DNA of 64,000 nt from Methanomassiliicoccaceae archaeon. GTDB lineage: Archaea; Thermoplasmatota; Thermoplasmata; Methanomassiliicoccales; Methanomassiliicoccaceae. Below, piece by piece: positions 9,996 to 20,394 of this stretch; position 1 is the stretch's first letter, and the number at the start of each line of letters is the position of its first letter. The notes under the pieces are model-generated. The model was given only the letters and a program-made list of their open reading frames with translations. It ran no database searches and was not told the DNA's origin. The stretch is from positions 224,001 to 288,000 of the forward strand of contig CAVSJV010000005.1 of the NCBI GenBank assembly GCA_963728405.1. The letters are read 5' to 3'. The position numbers and the translations under genes were made by a program.

Positions 9996-11059
9996 TGCCC
10001 ACCCTCCTGGTCGAACCATGCCCACTCCCTGGTGGAACTGGTAAGAATGTAATCTCTGGTCCCCAGCTCCCGGACGTTTGCCGCTCCGGTCAGGAACATG
10101 GCGATCCGAAGCTCCTCGATCATCAGACCGAGACGCTCCTCCACTGCCTTCGAGGACTCCATCGCCTCTTTGAGGACCGCTCGCGCGGTCCCGGCGCACT
10201 CGGCGCCCACCACGATGCTCTTGGCCGCCTGGAGGCCATTGACGATGCCCCCACTGGCAATGATCGGCAGGCCCACATCGGCCCACAGCACGGAAATGGG
10301 CGCCGGTATGCCCCACTCCCCGAACGTCTCGCCGATCCGCTCGCATCTCCGGTCCCCCATGTTCTTCGCCCTTGCTCCTTCCACCTTGGCGAAGCTGGTG
10401 CCCCCCGATCCGGAAACGTCGAGACCGCGCACCCCGATGCCCTTGAGACGCATCGCCACCGGCCGGGAGATGCCTGCCCCGGTCTCCTTGACGATGATGG
10501 GCAGCTCGCGAGAGAGCGAACGTATGCCGTCATAGCAACCCTTGGCCCTCGTGTCTCCTTCCGGTTGAGCGATCTCCTGCAGGAAGTTCAGATGGATGGC
10601 CAGGAGGTCGGCCCCGATCATGTCCATGGCCTCGCGGGCGTCCTCCGGACCGAAGGCGCGCTTGCGCTTCTGGGAAATGAGCTGAGGAGCGCCGATGTTG
10701 CCGACCTTTAGCGGAACGTCGAACTCCTTGATGATCTCGTAGCTCTTGCGGTCGCCCTTCTCCAGGGCGGCCCGTTGGCTGCCGACCCCCAGACCGATTC
10801 CCAGGTTCGCGCACGCCTCCGCCAGATTGCTGTTGATCTTCTCCGCTTTGGCATAGCCGCCGGTGATGGCCGTGACCATCAGGGGGCAGGCGAGCTTCCG
10901 GCCGAACAGCTCCGTGGAGGTATCTACGTCGTCCAGGTCGATCTCGGGCAGAGCGTCATGGACCAGCTTGACGTCGTCCCAGTAGTCATGGCAGGATGTC
11001 ACGTCCTCTTCCAAGGTTACCTGGATGTGGTCGGCCTTACGCTGCTCAATGCCCTTCAT
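9983..11059 (-). CDS. fni: Type 2 isopentenyl-diphosphate isomerase
   Basis: RKADHI, TAITGG, GVGSQR, HLNFLQE, KETGAG, GGTSF, WGIP. Confidence 0.96.
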   Translation of the reverse strand: MKGIEQRKADHIQVTLEEDVTSCHDYWDDVKLVHDALPEIDLDDVDTSTELFGRKLACPLMVTAITGGYAKAEKINSNLAEACANLGIGLGVGSQRAALEKGDRKSYEIIKEFDVPLKVGNIGAPQLISQKRKRAFGPEDAREAMDMIGADLLAIHLNFLQEIAQPEGDTRAKGCYDGIRSLSRELPIIVKETGAGISRPVAMRLKGIGVRGLDVSGSGGTSFAKVEGARAKNMGDRRCERIGETFGEWGIPAPISVLWADVGLPIIASGGIVNGLQAAKSIVVGAECAGTARAVLKEAMESSKAVEERLGLMIEELRIAMFLTGAANVRELGTRDYILTSSTREWAWFDQEGGQWMS

Positions 11060-11835
11060 CGCTCATCACCCACTACTTTCGAGCCGATTACTTTTTCGCC
11101 CCGCAGGGCCGAGGCAAGACGGCCGGGTTTGAGACCATTAATTACGATCGCCTCTCCGCCGTACGAGGTTATCCTCATCATGGTCTCGATCTTGGCGAAG
11201 ATGCTGCCGGTGACGTCCGCGCACCGCTGGGTCCGCGGGAGCACATCCAGGGCGGAACGGTCCACCACCTCGATGAGCTGGGCCTCTGGATCACAGTTGG
11301 GGTCCTCGGTGAACACCCCATCGACATCTGCGCAAAAGATGATGCGCTCGGGAGCGAACTCCCTCGCCAGCGCTTCCATCAGCTGGTCCCCGGAACAGAT
11401 GCCGAACCGCCTCTCGCGGTCCAGAGCGACGTCCCCGAAGGTGACCGGGGCGATGCCCAGCTCCCGATAGTGTCGAAAGATCGAGAGGTCGATGCAGGCC
11501 AGCTCTCCGTTCGACAGCTCCGCCACCGCCGAGGGAGGGATGGAGACGGACGGGACGCCCGCGGCGTTCAATGCTGCGATGACCGCCAGGTTCAAGGTCC
11601 TGACGTCCTCCATGACCCGGGCCATGGCGGAGATCTGGGAATCGTTGCGGTAACCTTTCTGCAGCTGGTGCTCGGCGGCGATCACATGGCCGAAAGAACC
11701 GGCACCGTGGACCACTATTGCCGCTTGCCCGGAATCGGCGATCTCTTTGGCCAACCGGTGGACCGTCTCGTCTCGCAGCGTCCGGTAGCTCATCTTGTCG
11801 GTTATGACACTGCCGCCCAGCTTGACCAGCATCAT
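11056..11835 (-). CDS. ipk: Isopentenyl phosphate kinase
   Basis: VKLGGSVITDK, VHGAGSFGH, FGDV, SGDQL, DVTGSI..K; ATGA overlap with fni. Confidence 0.93.
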   Translation of the reverse strand: MMLVKLGGSVITDKMSYRTLRDETVHRLAKEIADSGQAAIVVHGAGSFGHVIAAEHQLQKGYRNDSQISAMARVMEDVRTLNLAVIAALNAAGVPSVSIPPSAVAELSNGELACIDLSIFRHYRELGIAPVTFGDVALDRERRFGICSGDQLMEALAREFAPERIIFCADVDGVFTEDPNCDPEAQLIEVVDRSALDVLPRTQRCADVTGSIFAKIETMMRITSYGGEAIVINGLKPGRLASALRGEKVIGSKVVGDER

Positions 11836-11940
11836 GGTGAACGCTCGGAACATGAGCCGAGCCGTATAAAAAAGTGACAGTTATGGGGCAGCGATCGTCG
11901 AGGCCCATCCAATGTTATCTCGGAGCCCGACACGGATGCC

Positions 11941-12756
11941 TCAGATCTTCGCTCCACACTTACGACAGAAGACATCCTCCACGGATGCTTCACGGGAGCA
12001 GTTCGGGCAGGTCCTGGCCTCCTTCCTGGTGCCGCAGGCATGGCAGAACTCGTCGTCGGGACCAAGGTCGGCCCCGCATTTACGGCAGCTCTCAGAAACC
12101 GTGCTCGAAGGCACCTTCGGCGTTTCGCCGATGACCGTGACCGCCTTAGCACTCTCTGCTTTTTGGCCGCAGGTCAGCGCCCTCTTGGCCTTCATGGCCT
12201 GCTTCAGCGCTTCGTTGTAGTCCTCACCGTCAAAACTGGCCTGGGCGAGGTCCAGGGATCGCTGCGCTTCCTCCCTCGTCTCTGCTCGGGCCTCGGGGAT
12301 CAGGTCGCGGACGGTATCGATGACGAACTTGGATTCCAGATAGTTGGCGGGCAGCTTGCGTATGGCATGGGCGGGAACTTCCTTGCTCCCCTCGCATTCC
12401 TTATCCGCACTGGGTGGAGGAACGGGAAGGGTCAACAGGTCCTTCTCCTTGCAGTTGCGCAGGACGGTCTTGGCCCGCGTGGCCAGATCGATACTGTTTG
12501 TGAACTCGTGGCGTTCGTAGGCGCTCTCGGCCTGGTAAATGAGCACGTCCGCCTCGGTAGTGTCCCTTCCCGCTGCGCGCAGGGAGGTCGCCACGGCCTT
12601 GGTGGTAGCGACCGCATTGTATGCATCGTCCATCTCCAACGCGCCATCGAGCTTCACCGCCTTCTTTGAACGGATGTAACGAAGCTGAATGTAGGCGACG
12701 GCGGCTACGATAATAACGGCCAAGATGAGAATTATCGTCTCAGGGGGTAAGTCCAT
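11941..12756 (-). CDS. Membrane-anchored double zinc-ribbon protein
   Basis: N-terminal TM helix, helical middle, C-terminal CRKC/CHAC/CPNC/CRKC. Confidence 0.8.
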   Translation of the reverse strand: MDLPPETIILILAVIIVAAVAYIQLRYIRSKKAVKLDGALEMDDAYNAVATTKAVATSLRAAGRDTTEADVLIYQAESAYERHEFTNSIDLATRAKTVLRNCKEKDLLTLPVPPPSADKECEGSKEVPAHAIRKLPANYLESKFVIDTVRDLIPEARAETREEAQRSLDLAQASFDGEDYNEALKQAMKAKRALTCGQKAESAKAVTVIGETPKVPSSTVSESCRKCGADLGPDDEFCHACGTRKEARTCPNCSREASVEDVFCRKCGAKI

Positions 12757-12771
12757 ACTTGCACCGGCTAG

Positions 12772-12985
12772 TCGAGTAACCGTCACCTAGCTTGACACTC
12801 CCACGAATGAAGTTCGTGGGATTCTGAGGCCACCGTCGTTCACGGCGTTGCCTCCTGGGGCGTATCAATGCGGCCCTTGCACCAATCTCTGTCTTGGTGC
12901 AATCGACACATGCCTTCTTCCAAGGAAGGACGCAACGCGATATTGAACGACGCGTTGGCGTCAGCGTGGTCAACTGCCTGGTCGT
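12772..12985 (-). ncRNA. Putative TnpB omega/reRNA scaffold plus flanking guide
   Basis: Stems TTGCACCAA/TTGGTGCAA (12877-12902), GAGGC/GCCTC (12826-12854), CCCACGAA/TTCGTGGG (12800-12820); reRNAs are known to overlap the tnpB 3' end and IS right end. Confidence 0.55.
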
Positions 12986-13060
12986 CCCTAAGGACAAACC
13001 TACGCAGTTAATGTCAGAACTTGCACGCCCATTGAATTGCGGCAGTATAGTGACTAACGG
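12792..13060 (-). mobile_element. Internally deleted non-autonomous IS200/IS605-family (tnpB) element; left boundary approximate
   Basis: Minus strand ends AGAATCCCACGAACTTCATTCGTGGGAGTGTCAA (IS605-type right-end hairpin plus TCAA), preceded by a frame encoding VDHADANASFNIALRP..DRDWCKG..DTP (TnpB RuvC-III/C-terminus); no start of tnpB or tnpA seen. Confidence 0.8.
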
Positions 13061-13190
13061 AGGATTACCCTGAGAATACATAAAGGATTTGACTCCAGTC
13101 AGTCTACAATTAATAAATTGTGGTTTTCTTGCTCCACGGGTTAGTAGAAGTTTTTCGATACGTGTAGCATTGAACAAGAGAGATAAAAAG

Positions 13191-13315
13191 TGGCTGACAG
13201 CGCTCCATGGTTCCCGCGGGCTCGCGCACCGCAGTACAGCATGGAACGTTGGCGGGCTTAACTTCCGGGTTCGAATGGGACCGGGTGTATCCCCGCCGCT
13301 ATGGCCGTCACACCA
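13191..13315 (-). rRNA. rrf: 5S rRNA, stand-alone (not linked to 16S/23S here)
   Basis: Minus strand TGACGGCCATAGCGGCGGGGATACACCCGGTCCCATTCGAACCCGGAAGTTAAGCCCGCC..GTACTGCGGTGCGCGAG..; ends pair. Confidence 0.96.
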
Positions 13316-13378
13316 ACCCTCACAATAGAGAACATGTATATAAGCATTTCTCTCCGAGGCCCCTGCCATTCTCGCTGC

Positions 13379-14108
13379 CTAGAGCATAACGAATATCGCG
13401 CAGGCGAGCAGGCTGCTGATGGCCATGGAGAGCATGTTGACGTGCAGCTTGTTCACCAGACCTCTCCGTTCCAAGGTCGCACCGATGAGGCTATCGATCA
13501 TGCATCCGGCCACCCCCATGACGACGGGGATGAGGATCAAGGGGTTGAACAGCTGTTGCTGGATGATGATCCAACCGATGTAGGAGGCGAAGGCCGAGGC
13601 CACTATGCACGCCAGTGTGCCCACGCCAGATATCCCGCCGTCCGTTCCCGGCGGTACACGTTTGCCGGTGGTTATCAGATAGGTGCGATCGGAGAGAACG
13701 CCCAGCTCGCTGGCGGTGGTATCCGACGCGGCCACCGCCACTGCCGTGATGTACGCTATGGCGGCCAGGGTGGAGTCCTGGGCGCCCAGGAGATAGGTGA
13801 TGACCGCTACGAGGACCGGCACGAGGCCGTTGGCCAATACGTTCCGGTATGTTCTCTCTCCTTTCTTCCCTTCCTGGACTCCTTTCTTCTCCTTCATCTG
13901 GAAGCGGAACTTGGTGACGAAGAACCCCAGGAAACGTGAAGACAATGAGGGTAAGGAGCCAGCCGACCGAACCCAGCAAGCCGATAACCATCCCTACGAT
14001 GAACGAGGCCAAGGCGCCGCTCATCGTGAGCAGTCCGAACCGGTACGAGAGCACCGAGAGCGCCGCGCATAACACGAGCACGATGGCCAGGCTCTCCAGG
14101 CTTAGCAT
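13379..14108 (-). CDS. DUF92 (TMEM19-like) membrane protein, one apparent frameshift (~13932)
   Basis: R...NVLANG, AASDTTASELG, LITT.K.VPPGTDGGIS..GT, DSLIGATLE; N-terminal TM part in a second frame. Confidence 0.88.
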
Positions 14109-14180
14109 GGGGGTAAAACAGGATGGCTAAATATTAATGTTGGGTGCCTTTTCCGACGCCAGATGTTGCTGAGATAGGTT

Positions 14181-17100
14181 CTACTGGCCATCTTTCCTGA
14201 TCTCATCGGCCAGGTCTGCCAGCTCGCTCGTCCCTGCCAAGGTCAATGAGGCGCCGCAGTTGGGGCACTTGGTCGAGTCCAGCCCGACGGTGGCATCGCA
14301 TACCGGGCACTCGATCGTCTCGGCTGGGGGACCTGGAACTTCTGGCTCGTTCTCCTCCTTTATGGGAATGATGTCCTTGATACTGCCCTTCAACAGGGGC
14401 CCGGCCCGATCCTTGATCCCCCGGACCTTGTCCAGGTCGCCGTCCCAGTCATGCAGGGCATCGTGGAAATCGGATTCCGCCTGGAATATGGTATCCCTCA
14501 TGCGCTGGGGCACCTTCCCCTCGCGCGTGCCGTGGAGAATCACTGCCAAGTAGATATGGTCGCCCTTCTCCACTAGGACCTTCTTCTCCCCGAAGTCCAT
14601 ACGGTTCAGGCCGGTGGAGGCCTCGTCCTTGAACGAATCACGTACGAAGTTCTGGATCGCCACCAACATGCTGCCCAGGATCTGGTCGTCCATGCCCGGC
14701 TTGAGCCTGCGGGTCTGGTGGGCGATCAGGTTGCCGTCCTCGTAGATGAAGAAGACCTCGTCGACGACCATCTTGAGGGCGCGGAAGTAGAGCAAGCAGA
14801 GTAGCGCGAAATAGTAGCCAAGGCCACTGCCAGGAGGTAGATCCAGGTGTCGCCGGCCGCTCCAGACGGAAATGGTCAGTGGCGTGGAGACGGAGCGTTG
14901 TGTCCTCCAGCGTCCTCGGCCCAATTGAAAGGTCAGCGGACCGGTGAAGTTGAGCGCCGTATGGTGGCCAATGAGGTATCGGTACCGGATATCCGACTCA
15001 TGACCATCGAATAGCTCTCGATTGTCTCCATCAAAGTAGAGGAGTGACTCTGACTATAGTGGACACATCGGTTACGTTGACGGTCACCATCAGATCGTCC
15101 CCGCGATAGGCCTTGGTCAGTACAGCAGCGGTGTCCAGTTCGATGTTCCGGGCCTTCGTTATCCACCAGTACAATGTGTCGGGCTTCCCACCATCCCCCC
15201 TGGTCGCGGACCTCCAAGGCTCACGGAGTAGCTGCCGTCTAGCGGTGTAGTTCTTCCAGGCGTTCTTGCTCGAGGACCACTCGGTCCAGCCGTTCCCTTC
15301 AGCGAAAGTTCCATCTGAACAGAAGCGATGAATTGTCGCTACGGTGTCCCAGCTACTTACTGGCGTCGAAGCTGTAGTTGCCGGGTTGAACTCCAGGGCG
15401 GTGACCGACGCCACTGGCTTCACGTTCTGGACCACCATGGTAAGAATCCGCTCGTTGAAGGAGTTCGGATCGTTTTCGAATCGTAGACCCTAACACAGAC
15501 TACATATTGCTTGGACGCGTGGTACGACCAGGAGGTCTGGTTAATCGAGATCCCTGAGGCCTCGACGAAGACCCTGACGGCATCGTAGTCAAAGTCCCAG
15601 GCGAACTTGGTGATGGGTACACGGGGAGCCTGCTGGGCCGAGATCTGGAAGCTGATCTGCTCGTCCATGTTGAAGGTGATTTTTCCTCCGTCCGCGATAA
15701 TTTCGTCCACGGTGGGCGAGGTCGGCTGAACAACAATGGTGCGGCTGGTCTTCGACACGACCCCGTCCAGGTCGGTCACTGTCAGGTTGACCAGGTAGGT
15801 CCCCGAGTCCATGTAGCTGCAGGTGACGTTCTTGGTGATGAATGTCCGACCATCACCCAGCTCCCAGAACAAGGAGGATACCCCATCGTAGGAGTATGAC
15901 ATATCGGTGAGGATGATGGTCTCCCCCTCCACGGGGTTCAGTTTGGACGGGGTGAACGAAGCGGTTGGCGGGGTGTCCCTCACAACGATGGTAACGTTAG
16001 CGACCGCCTGGTCACCGTCCGAATCGGTGATGGTGAGTGTGACATTATATGCGCCCTTGATGGGGAACCAGTGGATGGCGTCCTCGCTCGGGTCCGGCTG
16101 GCTGCCATCGTCAAAGTTCCAAGAGTACGAGGTTATGGTGTCTGGAGATGAGTACGAATCATCATAGAACGAGACCGTGTCGTTCTCGTCGATCGCAGAG
16201 GCGGAAACCCTGATGCCGGCGGTCGGGGACAGGTCGGCCACATGGACGTACTGGGAGGCGTTGTCAAATTTTCCGTCAGTGTCGGTGATGTTCAGCCACA
16301 CCCGATAAGTGCCGTCCTGGGCGTACTTGTAGGTAGTGTTCTGGGTGTAGGCATAGTTGCCATGGCCGAAGTCCCACCTCCAGGTTATCGCGTCATAGTG
16401 GATCGAGGTATCGTTGAACCATACGGTGTTGTTCTCCGGACCATTGTCCGGTACGAAGGTGAACGAGGCCACTGGGGCGATGTCGGCGACCACGACCTGG
16501 AAATAAGTGAAGTTGGTGAGCCCGCCGCGGTCGGTGACCCTCAGGTAGCCATCATAGGTCCCGCTCTTCGCAAAAAGGTACTGCCCGCTCTTGAGCGTCG
16601 ATGTGCCGCCCTGTTCGAAGAACCAGTAGTATTGGAGCGAATCCCGGTCGGAGATCGAGTCAGTGGAATTCGATGCATCATACCTTATCGAGTTTCCCTC
16701 GGTGAGCGTAAGGGTCGAGAGCCACCTGTCCGCTTTCGGTACCAAGTTATGCTGCAACCAGTAGCTAATGGCTGAGGATGCGGACGATGACGCTATGAAA
16801 TCATCCCGTCCGTCACCGTTGACGTCCCCCGCGAATGAACCGTTGGCTGGCCCCCCTGTGGTCATGTTGATCGGATTGACGAAGCCGGAGGCCCCCTTGC
16901 TAAGGAACAGTGCGATTTCAGGTCTTCCAGAGTAGCTGATCAAGAGGTCCGTCAAACCATCGTCATTGAGGTCTGCTGAACGCACCTGGTTTCCTGTGCC
17001 AGCGAGAGGGAAGGAGCTCGAAGGTGGAGTGTTGATATAGAATCCGATCTCGCTGTTCGTGAATATATAGGCCGAATTGGAGGAGGATGTCACGGCGATA

Positions 17101-19037
17101 TCGTCCCTGCCGTCGCAATTGAAATCACCACTGGCCATCGAAATCGGCGTTCGGGAGACCATATTGAGCCAGCGTTCGGTCCATGTTGGAAGCAGCTTCC
17201 AATGGACTCGCTAGCGTTCTTGTAGAAAACCTCTACTTGACCCGTTCCTAGATTCAATGCGGCAATATCTCCACCTTGATCCTAGTGGATTGAAGTTGCC
17301 AAGGATTACTTCGGTCCTGTCACCTGGTGAAGCGAGCCCAAGCACTTCATGGACCGGGTTGGAAAAAGCATCGTAGATGATTTCGACCCCATTCCTGCAA
17401 CCGATCACCAGTACTGTCTGGTCTATGTCTTGGACCCATCCTCCGGTGATCGACCATGGCTCCCCCGTGTGTAGGTCGATGTTGAAATCCGGCGCGGTTC
17501 GGGTCATGAAATCCGGCCCACCACGATAGATACTGATGCTGCTGCTCAATCGGTTTATCACAGCGAGGTCGCCGATGCCATCCCTATCCAAGTCGCCAAT
17601 GAAGAGTCCGCATGGTCCGTTTTGTGTGGTCAGCGTAGTGGCAATTGTGCCGGCAAGGTCGGTGACACGAACGGCATTTTGGTCTTGGATGATGGATGCA
17701 ATCACAGCAACGGAGACGTTGCCCGCCACTATGCCGGATGGTTTGCCGTTTTGGAAGATGCTCTTATCCGCATTTCCTATACCATTTGAACTATACTGGA
17801 AGAATTCAAGGGCAGTAGGAACTCCCCCACCCCCTGCAGAGAGGACATAAATGCCCTTCATTACCGTCCCTGAATCGATAGTGATTGTCCGGACGGGCGC
17901 CTTGTTCACCGGAAATCTAGAGTAGATGTTCTGGTCCAGAATGCCTGATTGACGAGGATAAATCTTGCAATCATTGTTCTGGGACGATATGATTACCAGA
18001 TCTGGAAGACTGCTGCCGCTCAATCTACCGAAGCTCATCGAGCATAATCCGGTAGCACCTAGAACCAACCGGGTAGCTGCGTTGGGAACTGTCGATCCTG
18101 TGTTGTTCCTTATCTCCACGCGGTCGTAGGCCGCATTGGCAATCGCAAGGTCTCTGATGCCACTGCCGGTATTGTTGATCATCCGAAGATCGACGATCGC
18201 CCCTCCCACATTGATCGTGCCATAGTTGCTCCAGGCCGAAGTGAGGGTACCCGCAGGCGAAGGTTGCACGAGCAAGGTCACATTTGGACCGTTGAAATCT
18301 CCAACTACGAGATCCTGTAAGCCGTCCGAATTAATGTAGCCGGCCGTTATAAGTTGGGGGTTGTTCTGATTTGTGAGCCCTATGATGGCCTTCGTGCCAG
18401 CACCGAAGAACGGCGATTTTACCAAGACCACAGATGAGAAGAACCCCAGGTCTCTGTCCCCTCCGCATACGACAGCGATATCGTTGGTGATGGAATTGTC
18501 AAAGTGGCCGATCACGACCTGATACGGATTTGGTATGATGATGTTCACATCAACCAGTAAGTTGAAGTCATTGCTCTGGTTGAAGATCGAGACGATGGGG
18601 TTGCCAAGGTTGTCAGTATAGGAAGCTGCGATGTCGTCCTTGCCATCGTTCGTAAGGTCTCCGATGGCGATACGGACCAAATTCGACATACCGATTTTTG
18701 ATATTATTCTCGGGGTCACCTGTAAATGACCATCGGAGGAACCGAAGTAGATGAAAATGTTCGTTCGGTTCGCCACCACCACATCGGTCAATGAGTCATG
18801 GTTGAGGTCGCCGAGTGCCATGTCCCGCACCTCAGCGGGCATGGGATATGAGATCGAGTGGTTCGAGAAGATCGTTCCCTGTTCGAATATGGTCGATTGA
18901 TCGTACTGTGGGGCCTCTGATGCAATATCATCTTTATGATCTGGTAGGTCAGGCATTACGCTCTGGGCCATTAGGAGCAGTGCTAACGCTAGTATGGACA
19001 GCAACCACGCTAAACCACTGGCTCTTCTCATCCGCAT
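14181..19037 (-). CDS. Large surface protein: signal peptide, FG-GAP/VCBS repeats, about 5-6 PKD domains, TM helix, cytoplasmic domain and zinc ribbon; broken into 5 or more ORFs by indels
   Basis: GDLNHDSLTD, GDLTNDGKDD, GDLDRDGIGD, GDFNCDGRDD, GDVNGDGRDD; WDFGHG, WNFDDG, WELGDG with G.Y.V.L.VTD; C-terminal VVDEVFFIYEDG..ILGSMLVAIQNFVRDSF and CPVC..CPNC. Confidence 0.8.
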
Positions 19038-19227
19038 CCCAAGACGGCCAGATGGAAAGCGGCGAGTGTGTATATAATCCTAATCAGGATAATTCAACGT
19101 CTAAATAAAAAATAAGAGATCGACACATCTGGATATACTAAAACGGTCTTAATAAAATCAACGCGGATAATTGGAGACCAAGCCCTATATATCTGCCTCC
19201 CAGTAGCATTCTACAGGATGGGATGCA

Positions 19228-19617
19228 ATGTATTTCGATATAGCTCAGTTGACCTGTGATGTGGACAGCAGGCGCATTCTGTCTTCCATAGACAGAAAAC
19301 CAAGATCGGCCAAGGAGATCGCTCAGACCTGCCATATGTCCATCTCCCGGTGCTACCGCATGATAAGGGAGATGGAGGACTACCGGATCCTACGACGGGC
19401 CGAGGTGGACGGGCGCGAGGCCTCGTATATCTCGAACCTGCGCTCCATCGAGCTCAGCCTGGAGGACGACCATATCTTCCTTACCGTCGACTACCGGGAT
19501 GGAACCAGGACCGAGCTTCGGCTGGGTCCAGAGGACCTTGAGAGGGCCGCCCCGGCCTCTTTACCTCAAGGTCTTCTGGCGACCAATGATTCCAGCGAGC
19601 CTTCCACTGCCTCGTAG
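19228..19617 (+). CDS. Winged-helix (ArsR-like) transcriptional regulator
   Basis: SRRILSSI..PRSAKEIAQTCHMSISRCYRMIREM HTH; divergent from the surface-protein gene. Confidence 0.75.
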   Translation: MYFDIAQLTCDVDSRRILSSIDRKPRSAKEIAQTCHMSISRCYRMIREMEDYRILRRAEVDGREASYISNLRSIELSLEDDHIFLTVDYRDGTRTELRLGPEDLERAAPASLPQGLLATNDSSEPSTAS

Positions 19618-19865
19618 ATCAGGTCGGCCGCCGAGGCAGCCCCCTCCTTGGACTCGATCCGAGAGATGAGCATGCGCCCACTGGTGTACAGGGTTATCTC
19701 AAAGTCGGCGGATCTGGCGATGAGCATGGGTCCCTGCATGGTGGTCTGGTAACCCTTCTGTTCTAGTAGTTCGGCAGCTTTGTTCAGGTCGTACCGCACG
19801 CTCTCGCTCGGAACCACGGACATGGCATCCTGTTTGCACAACCGGACCAGCTTGAACTTCACCAT
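19566..19865 (-). CDS. Small hypothetical protein
   Basis: 99-aa ORF overlapping the end of the upstream kinase gene; ITLYTSGRMLI hairpin-like segment. Confidence 0.65.
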   Translation of the reverse strand: MVKFKLVRLCKQDAMSVVPSESVRYDLNKAAELLEQKGYQTTMQGPMLIARSADFEITLYTSGRMLISRIESKEGAASAADLIYEAVEGSLESLVARRP

Positions 19866-20394
19866 GCCCGGTCCAGCTCCTCTTTCGCCTTCGCGTGGAA
19901 CTCCTCCAGCGAGCTCTCATTGACGATCATCACATCGGCCAGGGCGATCAACGCTCCTAGGCCCCAGCCCAGCTCGCGTTCGTCCCTTTCCTTGAACTCT
20001 TGCCAGGTGTGGGGGGCGTCGTAACGGCCCCTGCTCCGCAGCCGGTCGAATCGGCGCTCTGGGGAAGTGTGGACGGCCACCAGTCTAACGCCCTTGCCAA
20101 GGGCAGATCGGAAAAGCTCGATCTCCGCCACGCTCCTGGAGCCATCGATGACGACATTTCCTTTCCCAAGAAGAGGGAGACAACGTTCGGCCCAGATCCC
20201 GGACCGTGGGCCTGCCGTTCCGAACTGGCGAACCCACCGACCCCCCGGTCGTCCATGGCCACCTTGCGCTTCTCCGCTTCCAGCCGAACCACATCGCCCA
20301 TTCGGATGACGGAGTAACCGTCCTGCTGGGCCACCTTGACGAACTCTTCCTTGCCCGCTCCGGGCATTCCGGTCAGGACGAAGACCTTGGACAT
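19859..20394 (-). CDS. P-loop nucleotide kinase family protein (UPF0200/dephospho-CoA kinase-like), frameshift ~20200
   Basis: LTGMPGAGK, MGDVVR, then IWAERC..VIDG.RS, RF.RL..RGR.D, RDERELGWG. Confidence 0.85.

Noticed and set aside
9996-10346. N-terminal extension of the prenyltransferase (448-aa ORF)
   Set aside because: Overlaps fni in another frame; homology begins at MDVLKE (9995).
12740-13369. 209-aa ORF spanning the 5S rRNA and IS remnant
   Set aside because: Overlaps a clear 5S rRNA and reads the TnpB remnant in the wrong frame; spurious.
17211-17213. Pyrrolysine read-through at the TAG ending the 608-aa surface-protein ORF
   Set aside because: The TAG lies in a shifted frame after an indel near 17275; the conserved reading continues in another frame.
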